Shown here: positions 19,969 through 27,489 of the stretch, in pieces
Numbering within the stretch: position 1 is the first letter of the stretch
How the letters are laid out: each line of letters opens with the position of its first letter
Assembly (NCBI GenBank): GCA_038108555.1
Contig: JAYNIA010000010.1
Location: 1-57,885, forward strand
Length of the DNA: 57,885 nucleotides
Source of the DNA: Nitrospinota bacterium
Lineage (GTDB): Bacteria; Nitrospinota; Nitrospinia; Nitrospinales; VA-1
Reading direction: 5' to 3'
Translations under genes and position numbers: made by a program
Notes under the pieces: model-generated
The model's database searches: none
The model's input: only the letters and a program-made list of their open reading frames with translations
What the model was told of the DNA's origin: nothing

Positions 19969-20940
19969 GTGGCTGAGGCGAAAGAAGAAGTAAAGTACAG
20001 AGAAATTGATATTGGTTTCCTGGACAAAGGCGGGGACGAACCTTTTGACTTTTATTACCAGACTGAGAGTTTTGGAACCACTAAGTATGTCAAGTTTGCC
20101 AGTACCGACCCCAGACATCAGGATAAGGTAAGAAGACTTCTTGAAGACGGCACAGACCAAGAGTTTTACATCCAAGAAGAAGACTTGTTCAAGTATTACA
20201 AGTGCGCCACCAAGTCTTTAAAATCAATGGTTTCTAACCCTAATATCCCCCTTAAAGAAAAAACTTAGAAAATATACGATGTTTCAAAGGGTGTTATGAA
20301 GGAGTTTTTTGAAAATAACACTTCCGAGAAAATTCTGGAATCTTCCGAGGAAGTCATGGAAATGATGGAAGATTGTATGACCACAGCCGAAGCCGGCTTT
20401 CATGGGATTACCGCAATCACCAGTAAAGATTATTACACCTACACCCATAGCGTAAATGTTGGTCTCTACTGCATGACTTTTGGTGTGAAAAGTGGAATGG
20501 GCAAGAATGACACGAAATCACTTTCCCTGGGGGGCATGTTGCATGATGTGGGAAAATCAAAAATTGATCATGGACTCATCAATAAAAATGGCAAGTTAAA
20601 CGACGAAGAATTTGAAAAGATGAAAATCCACGCCACAGAAGGAGGAAATATTTTGACGGGGATGGGTTGCTATCATAATAATGTCGTAAGAATGGCAGCC
20701 GAGCACCATGAAAAATGGAAGGGTGGAGGTTACCCCAAGGGTATAGAAGGCGAAGAGATCCACTACTTCGCGCGCATTTGTAAAATTATGGATGTTTACG
20801 ATGCCCTGACTACAAGACGATCCTATAAAAAAGCACTAAGTGCTTTCGATACCCTGATCATTATGAAAAAACAAATGGTCAACGATTTTGATCCAAAACT
20901 CCTCAATAGCTTTATTACCCTAATGGGACCCGACCTTTAG
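19969..20940 (+). pseudogene. HD-GYP c-di-GMP phosphodiesterase interrupted by an in-frame TAG (20266-20268)
   Basis: The two track ORFs share a frame and read ...LKEKT*KIYDVSKGVMKEFF.... The downstream part has HSVNV, LHDVGK, HHEKW.G.GYP and DVYDALT..RSYK. Start is GTG 19969 after GAGG. Confidence 0.8.
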
Positions 20941-20983
20941 CGGGGAAAGTTTTTTCTTCACCATCAGGTCATTCGACTTCGAG

Positions 20984-22285
20984 TCATTTCTGAAATTTTT
21001 TCAAAAAATCTGAGAACTGTTCGTCACTGCTGTTGGCATCAATAAAAAGGTAGGTGTTCCTGGAACTGGAATTAAGGGCAAAGTTTATTCGTTTCAGTTG
21101 GGAGCCATCGATAAACATCAAAGTATCCCAGGGCAGGGCAACTTTATAATCCCGGTTTTTTTTCACAAACCGTATAAAAGTTTTGAAAGCCTTTGCGCAA
21201 AGTTCAGAGGTGAGTCCCTCCAAATCACAAATTGCGCGAAGCATGGAGGGATTGTTTTTCGTTCTTTTTTCTAATTTAACTGCAAGAGTGGTATTTTCTG
21301 CAGCCTTGGTTTTGATTGCCTTGCGGGAAAAATGCTCGAGGATTTTTTCTGCTGGAAGGTCGAAACGTATCTGTGAATTAAAATCGTCTTCGATCAAAGT
21401 ATTGTGCCGGTTTAAAATCACTTTTCCCCAATAACGCATACGAATATCGGTGGACTGGCTTGCCTCCATTAGATTAATGGCTCCCTGTTCGCATTCCTCA
21501 AGGGTTATATCAGGTCCACAGATGAAGTTTTCCATTTGAAGTTTTTCCTTGAAAGCTTTTCCATATTTCTCCTGAATCGCTTCATAAAACTTCCTTTTGG
21601 GTTTCCAGGTTTCATAGGGGTCTTTCAAAATTTGTTTTTCCATTTCAGCGGGGGAATCGTTGAATCCCAAAATCAGTTTATTGGGCTGGTCTGACCACGA
21701 AGAAGAATTCGTAATCACAATTTCATGCCAACCCGTTCTCTTGGTGGTTGGGGGAATATTTACTTTTAAAAGATTTTTATAACCTGTATGGCAATCGCTA
21801 TTGGAAATTTCTTTCGAGCAATAAAACTCTTTCACGATTCCTTTACGTGCAATTTCATTTTTCAGCGCACGAATTTCATTGAGGAAATTTTCCTGTTCTT
21901 CAGGGCTGAGCCTTTGGTTTAAATATTCAGTGATTTCAGAGGGGGATGCACGCCAATCGATTAAAATCGTGTGGAAGCCGGCTGTTTTCAAAAACCGATT
22001 GCTGATTCCTACCTCTTTATAATCGGAATGGTTTACTTTTTTGAGGGCTTCTTTCAATTTGGATACTCCCTGCAGGCACTGGTCGATCAGGGGTATCTGG
22101 TCCTCAGTAAATCCGATTTTTTTTATGAAAGGGAAACACTCCAAAGTTTGAATACCAAATTGTTTCTCCAAAACCTGTTTTTCCTGAACCAGTTGGTTGA
22201 AGGTGTTCGCATACAAAAAGTAGGGGAATATTAAAGTCCCTAAAAGGACAAAAAGGCAGGTATTAAATGTTTTCTGGCTTGGCAT
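20984..22285 (-). CDS. Exported hypothetical protein with four internal Cys-pair repeats
   Basis: Signal-peptide-like N-terminus; four ~100 aa units, each with a Cys pair. Confidence 0.75.
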   Translation of the reverse strand: MPSQKTFNTCLFVLLGTLIFPYFLYANTFNQLVQEKQVLEKQFGIQTLECFPFIKKIGFTEDQIPLIDQCLQGVSKLKEALKKVNHSDYKEVGISNRFLKTAGFHTILIDWRASPSEITEYLNQRLSPEEQENFLNEIRALKNEIARKGIVKEFYCSKEISNSDCHTGYKNLLKVNIPPTTKRTGWHEIVITNSSSWSDQPNKLILGFNDSPAEMEKQILKDPYETWKPKRKFYEAIQEKYGKAFKEKLQMENFICGPDITLEECEQGAINLMEASQSTDIRMRYWGKVILNRHNTLIEDDFNSQIRFDLPAEKILEHFSRKAIKTKAAENTTLAVKLEKRTKNNPSMLRAICDLEGLTSELCAKAFKTFIRFVKKNRDYKVALPWDTLMFIDGSQLKRINFALNSSSRNTYLFIDANSSDEQFSDFLKKFQK

Positions 22286-22291
22286 GCTGCC

Positions 22292-22300
22292 ATTATAACA
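22292..22300 (-). promoter_or_regulatory. Extended -10 promoter (TGnTATAAT), possibly leaderless
   Basis: Minus strand reads TGTTATAAT, 6 nt, then ATG 22285. Confidence 0.5.
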
Positions 22301-22346
22301 AACCCAAAACTACCCAGCTATCCATTTAAAATTAGAATATTTTAAT

Positions 22347-22370
22347 AATTCCCCCTTATCAGGGGGAATT
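22347..22370. terminator. Perfect 10-bp hairpin downstream of the MMPL operon
   Basis: AATTCCCCCT-TATC-AGGGGGAATT. There is no clear U-tract. Confidence 0.5.
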
Positions 22371-22416
22371 TAAAATATACTTTTTAAAATCTTGTCTCCG
22401 TAACGTATTGGCCCGG

Positions 22417-23619
22417 TTAAAAATAATACTCGAGTTGGATTTGCATTAAATCGTCATCGCGGGCATCGAACAGGAAATCTTCCTGTGTTTGGTCTAAAAA
22501 GCCACGCAGTTCCGCAGTTAAAAGCCAGTTATCTCCAAACCTTCGGCTCGCTTCCAGAATTAAAAATCGAGCATCTGTATTCAGGTCCTGTACCACTGCC
22601 AATAAAGCCTCGGTGCTGGCGGCATCGTTGACCGCAAGGCGGAGTCCCCCAACGATATCATTTTCGAATGGATTGGTTGCTTCCTCTTCCCGGGTGTCAA
22701 ACATCCATTCACCAATCAGTCCCAGGTCCATACTGGATTCCATGAAACCCACGAACGTGTATTCGAATCCCCCGGTCCAGGCATAAAAATCTTCATTCCG
22801 CTGGCCGGTACGGTACATTGCCTCGAATTTCCAAAGCCAGTCTTCAACAACATAAGTTGCATCAATACTGGTTTGCCTGATGAGTTCGTATTTGGGAATT
22901 ACGATGGCACTGCCATTTTCATCTGCGCTATTGAAGAAGGTAGGTTCGCGATTGGTTCCTATAAATTGTGCAAGACCCAGGTCAAGGTCCCCAAAGGTAT
23001 GGGAGTATCGGAAGGCCCAGTCGTTATGCCATTCCTCTGCGGGACTTTCATATTCGGTCCGATCTTCATCAACCACATCCCGGAAACGCAATCTTCCTCC
23101 CGTTCCCTGAAAGGTACGCTCTCTGAAAAAAGGCATCCAGAAAACATCCACCGTTCCCCAATCGCGTGCAACGGAGAGGTTGACCATGGGTTGGCCGAGT
23201 CGGTCCTCCGTATCCAGATTTTCTACAAGATCGATTTGATTGATGATGTCTACCAAGTGGAGGACCTCTGTAGCACCCCAAAAGACTTTTCTAACTCCTA
23301 TCCTTAATTCATATTCATCTTTGAGAAGTAGGAAGGTGAGCTCACGGATATCGAAGTGAGTTCGTTCCTGATCCCCACTATCCACCCTTAAGAAAGGGAC
23401 GAAGGTGAAACTGCTTCCACTTTTAAACTCATGGTAATACTCAGGTTGTAAAGCAAAGGAGGCAGACTGGTCAGTTTGGCCAGGGAAAATAGCCTCTTGG
23501 GGGAACAGTCGGACTTCCCCTGCGACAAACCCGGAAAGCTCGTGAGAGTGAACTTGGTTGATGGGAATAACAAAAAAGGCCAGGGCGAAAATTACCAATC
23601 CCCATAATCGATGCGTCAT
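22417..23619 (-). CDS. Outer-membrane beta-barrel protein associated with MMPL/LolA-like genes
   Basis: Signal peptide, alternating amphipathic strands, G..KVFWG..E...LVD.INQ motif, and a C-terminal QLEYYF barrel signal. Confidence 0.8.
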   Translation of the reverse strand: MTHRLWGLVIFALAFFVIPINQVHSHELSGFVAGEVRLFPQEAIFPGQTDQSASFALQPEYYHEFKSGSSFTFVPFLRVDSGDQERTHFDIRELTFLLLKDEYELRIGVRKVFWGATEVLHLVDIINQIDLVENLDTEDRLGQPMVNLSVARDWGTVDVFWMPFFRERTFQGTGGRLRFRDVVDEDRTEYESPAEEWHNDWAFRYSHTFGDLDLGLAQFIGTNREPTFFNSADENGSAIVIPKYELIRQTSIDATYVVEDWLWKFEAMYRTGQRNEDFYAWTGGFEYTFVGFMESSMDLGLIGEWMFDTREEEATNPFENDIVGGLRLAVNDAASTEALLAVVQDLNTDARFLILEASRRFGDNWLLTAELRGFLDQTQEDFLFDARDDDLMQIQLEYYF

Positions 23620-23621
23620 TA

Positions 23622-24395
23622 TTATCGAGCGCGTTTCAAACTATTTTTATTGAAGTCTTTATTTGAAAGACCGTTGCCAAATTTATAATTCGTCCAGGTT
23701 AGCAGGGTGCTTTTTCCTGTCTGATGATTGTCCATAAACATGGTACCCGGATACCAGTATTTCCCAAGGTACTGTTTGAAGTCGGATTGTGTCAGTGTCT
23801 TTAGCGGAGAATTTTTGCGATCGAAAAATTCTATTTTCAGAATTTTATAATCCTTTTGATCCAACCACACTAACTGGCGGGTATAGCCTGAGTTTTTGTA
23901 AACCGGGTAACGTTCAAAAACGAAACATTTCTCACCCTTGAACTCTTCATCACGAATCCATTTATAGGTGTATTTTTCAACCTCCTGACTTGTGACATCT
24001 TCGTAGGCGAATTCGCTTCCCATAAAGGAGCCTGATTTGTTAGCAGAGCTGATCCGTTTGACCCTTTTTAAAGCCGGCAAATATAGCCATTGGTCATCGG
24101 TTCCAACTTTATGGGTGAAATTCAGGAGAGCAGTTCCCTTTACATCCCTTGGCCGGTCAAAGATAGAAATTGATTTGTCGCCATCGCCTTCCACTTCCAG
24201 GGTTTTATTGCGGATATGCCGGGTGCTTTCTTCCCCCTGTTTATTTTTTAAAACCATAACCATATTGGCGGTGAAATCCCCGAAACCGTTGTCCCGCTTG
24301 TCATCTTCCTTTGCAATTGCGAGTCCCTTTTCTTCCGGGGTTTCTGCAAAAACCGGAGATACAAACAACAATGTAAAGATTAAAAAGTATTTCAT
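23622..24395 (-). CDS. Outer-membrane lipoprotein-sorting (LolA-like) periplasmic protein
   Basis: P.DVKGTALL, DDQWLYLPALKRVKRI and SFMGSEFAYED motifs; signal peptide; GGAGA SD before ATG 24395. Confidence 0.88.
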   Translation of the reverse strand: MKYFLIFTLLFVSPVFAETPEEKGLAIAKEDDKRDNGFGDFTANMVMVLKNKQGEESTRHIRNKTLEVEGDGDKSISIFDRPRDVKGTALLNFTHKVGTDDQWLYLPALKRVKRISSANKSGSFMGSEFAYEDVTSQEVEKYTYKWIRDEEFKGEKCFVFERYPVYKNSGYTRQLVWLDQKDYKILKIEFFDRKNSPLKTLTQSDFKQYLGKYWYPGTMFMDNHQTGKSTLLTWTNYKFGNGLSNKDFNKNSLKRAR

Positions 24396-24427
24396 AGTAA
24401 CGTCTCCCAATTCTGGACGAAAAGTAT

Positions 24428-26758
24428 TCAGTTCGTAATTTCAGCGGTCCGCTGGTGGGAATGCTCAATCGGCTTTTCCTTCCCCATTAACAGCGTGGGT
24501 AAAAATAGAAAGTCAGCAATCAGTGCACATAAGATTGCTATGGTCGTCATAAATCCTAAGTGGACATTCATGCGAAACCCGGAATAAGTTAAAACAAAAA
24601 ATCCACACACAAGAATTATGGAAGTTAAAAACAATGCGGTTCCTACTGTGTGAAAGGAATAACGCACAGCTTCTTCTTTGCTTTTTCCCAGTTCAAAACG
24701 AGCCCTTCGATATTTGCTAAGAAAATGAACGGTGTCATCCACAATGATTCCCAGGGCCACAGGTGCAACCACGGAAACAGCCAGGCCAATATGCCCCACG
24801 AAAACCGCCCAAATTCCAAATGTCATAAAGACGGGAACAAGATTGGGAATGGTGCTGATGAGTCCCAGCCGGAAACTTTTCAGGACCACCATTAAGATGG
24901 TTGAAATTAACAGTAAGGCCAGGAAAGTTCCAGACATCATGCTGTCTATATTTCTCATGGCAATATGAGAAAACATGATTAATGGACTGGCCCCATGGGA
25001 TGCCATTTCAGGGGGAGCATTTTTTCTTAGCCATTCCTGTGCAGACTCTTCCAGATCGAGTGCTTCTTGCGTCGACACACTTTCCAGTATTGCCGTAAAG
25101 CGGGTAGACGATTTGTCTATATTGATTTGGTTGTTCAAGTCCAGGCCAAAAGGTAATGACAATTCGTACAACAGCAGATACTGAGCAGAAAGATCCCGTT
25201 CATCTGGCAAGCGATAATAGGATTCGTCATCGCCATGCATATTTTTGTTCAGTCGCTTCATGGTGTCTGTGAGTGTGCTGACATACATAACACCCGGTTG
25301 TTGACGATACCAGTCGGCGAACTCCGCCAATTTTTTGAGATATTCAGGATTGCTGATGCCACCCGATTCACCTGCTTTCAGGGAATATTCAATGGATTCG
25401 AATCCGGTCAGGTGTTCTTCCACATAATCGTTATCTGTTCGGAACTGGTAACGGGTGTCGAAATATTCATTAAACTTTTCATCAATTACGATTCGGGGAA
25501 TTTGAACCGTAAGAGCGATGATGAGAGTGATCATTCCCCAGAACAGGGCTCGGCGATTGCTAATGACCCAGTCACCCAGAGAATCTATCCATCCATTATG
25601 TGAGGTTGACCCGGTTTTCACTTTTATGGGTAATATTGAAATCATCGCCGGTAAAAATAAAACAGAATAGACGTAGGCCGCCATCACCCCCATAGCAACG
25701 ATGTTCCCCAAATCCCGAAAAGGTGGTGAGTCGCTGAAATTCAAGCTGAGAAAACCAATAGCTGTGGTAACGCTGGTAATAAAAACCGGTTGATGATTTA
25801 CCCGTAGCGATTCTTTTACGGCTTCAAATTTGGATTTCCCATGGCGCATTTCATAAAACAGGGTGACCAAAATATGAATGCTGTCCGCCACCGCAAGGGT
25901 GAGGATGATTGTAGGTGCATTTGCGGATATCGGAGTTAAAAGGATTCCCGACCAGCCGGCAAGACCCATTCCCGTCAAAATAGAAAAAGCCATTATGAGG
26001 ATGGTCGTAAGGGTACCCCAGAAGGTCCGTAGGGTGATCGCCATGATTATCAGGACAATGCTGTACATAATGGGTACGAGAGATTTCATATCTCCCTCCC
26101 CAGCTTCATTAAAAGCGTTATCCATAAAAACCACGCCTGTTAGATAAATTTTTATGGATGGATATTTTTCCTGAAATTTATCCCGCATTTCGCGGACGAA
26201 TGCAGCCACTTCCGGTGTTTCGGTTATGGATTTATGTGGAAGGTTGATCGTAACGTTGATACCCGTGATATCAGATTTTTGTGTGATCAACCGATTGAGC
26301 AATAATGGTTCAGCCAGGGCAACAGCTTTTGCCTTTTTGAGTTGGGCATCTGTAAACGATTTTGCGTTTTCAACCAAATCCTGAACAATCAGGTCATCAC
26401 CATCCGCCCAGGTGTATTGAAAATTGGTAACCGAATCAACACGTAAGGAATAAGGTATTTTCCAGGCAGCCCGGGTGATTTCTTCGATTATCGCCAGGGT
26501 TTCACGGGTAAAAACTTTTCCATCCTTAGGTTCTACCGCAAACATCACATTGTCATTTTTGGTGTAGGTGTTTTGCAGGGTTTCAAAGGCCACCAGTTGA
26601 GGATTGTCTTCACTGAAAAAAACCCGATAGTCGGTGGAAAAATTTAAAAAACGGGCACCCGATGCTGCTGAAAAAACGAGTATTAAAGTAGAGAGAATGA
26701 TCCACCAGCGAAAACGGATCACCCAGCTCCCAAAACCATTATTTTGAGGATTGTTCAT
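24428..26758 (-). CDS. MMPL/RND-family exporter
   Basis: Two MMPL halves with AVADSIH / GIIVDDTVHF and TSVTTAIGF / TSIILVCGF motifs. Confidence 0.92.
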   Translation of the reverse strand: MNNPQNNGFGSWVIRFRWWIILSTLILVFSAASGARFLNFSTDYRVFFSEDNPQLVAFETLQNTYTKNDNVMFAVEPKDGKVFTRETLAIIEEITRAAWKIPYSLRVDSVTNFQYTWADGDDLIVQDLVENAKSFTDAQLKKAKAVALAEPLLLNRLITQKSDITGINVTINLPHKSITETPEVAAFVREMRDKFQEKYPSIKIYLTGVVFMDNAFNEAGEGDMKSLVPIMYSIVLIIMAITLRTFWGTLTTILIMAFSILTGMGLAGWSGILLTPISANAPTIILTLAVADSIHILVTLFYEMRHGKSKFEAVKESLRVNHQPVFITSVTTAIGFLSLNFSDSPPFRDLGNIVAMGVMAAYVYSVLFLPAMISILPIKVKTGSTSHNGWIDSLGDWVISNRRALFWGMITLIIALTVQIPRIVIDEKFNEYFDTRYQFRTDNDYVEEHLTGFESIEYSLKAGESGGISNPEYLKKLAEFADWYRQQPGVMYVSTLTDTMKRLNKNMHGDDESYYRLPDERDLSAQYLLLYELSLPFGLDLNNQINIDKSSTRFTAILESVSTQEALDLEESAQEWLRKNAPPEMASHGASPLIMFSHIAMRNIDSMMSGTFLALLLISTILMVVLKSFRLGLISTIPNLVPVFMTFGIWAVFVGHIGLAVSVVAPVALGIIVDDTVHFLSKYRRARFELGKSKEEAVRYSFHTVGTALFLTSIILVCGFFVLTYSGFRMNVHLGFMTTIAILCALIADFLFLPTLLMGKEKPIEHSHQRTAEITN

Positions 26759-26759
26759 G

Positions 26760-26788
26760 ATTTAATAATAAATATTTTGTAAAATATT
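26760..26788. promoter_or_regulatory. Putative TetR operator copy 2, just upstream of the MMPL start
   Basis: AATATTTT-GT-AAAATATT palindrome inside a 29-bp sequence that recurs at 27406-27434 with one mismatch. Confidence 0.6.
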
Positions 26789-26808
26789 CACTCAGAGTTA
26801 AAAATTTT

Positions 26809-27405
26809 TTAGGCCTTCAATCCCCGTATAATAAGTTCAATAACTCCATTGGCTTCATTTCTTAGCTCTTCAAGGGAAAAAGCATCCATATATCTGGGGG
26901 CAATGAATTTAATTAATGAGGATTGAACCCATTTGGCGGTTTCCATAACATCTGCAATCTTGTATTCCCCGGATCGGATTCCCTCAGAGAGGATTTCAGA
27001 CAAAAGGGATCTCTCTTGCTCCATATATTGGTGAACGATTTCCCACCTCTCTCGGGAAATAAAATCCACCAGTTCCATCAAGGCAGTCTGGTTTGAGAAC
27101 TCTTGATGCATATATTCGAGGACATCCAGGGCCAGATGCTTCAGTTTGGCATCGGGTTGTAATTTATTGCTGCGGACGATTTCCTGGATAAGCTCGAGCT
27201 TTTGCTGCATGCACCGTTTTGCGCAACCTGCTCCAATTTCTTTTTTGTTTTCGAAATAGCGGTAGAGGTTGCCTGCAGACATATCACAATCTTTTGCGAT
27301 TTCTGCCATGGTGGTTTTGCCGAATCCATAATGGCCAAACCGCTCAAAAGCCTTGTCGAGGATATCGTTCTTAATCGCTTCGGTGGTTTCTTCTGCTAAT
27401 TTCAT
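26809..27405 (-). CDS. TetR/AcrR family transcriptional regulator
   Basis: HTH: F..YGFGKTTMAEIAK.C.MSAGNLYRYF.NK. Confidence 0.93.
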   Translation of the reverse strand: MKLAEETTEAIKNDILDKAFERFGHYGFGKTTMAEIAKDCDMSAGNLYRYFENKKEIGAGCAKRCMQQKLELIQEIVRSNKLQPDAKLKHLALDVLEYMHQEFSNQTALMELVDFISRERWEIVHQYMEQERSLLSEILSEGIRSGEYKIADVMETAKWVQSSLIKFIAPRYMDAFSLEELRNEANGVIELIIRGLKA

Positions 27406-27412
27406 ATTTAAT

Positions 27413-27467
27413 AATAAATATTTTGTTAAATATTTATTTATTTTACCGGTAATAATGAATTTGTCAA
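27413..27467 (-). promoter_or_regulatory. tetR promoter (TTGACA-16-TAAAAT) with a palindromic operator over the start site
   Basis: -35 at 27467-27462 and -10 at 27445-27440. Palindrome AATAAATATTT-N4-AAATATTTATT at 27413-27438. Confidence 0.7.
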
Positions 27468-27489
27468 CCCGGTAATTAGTTTTTTGGAA

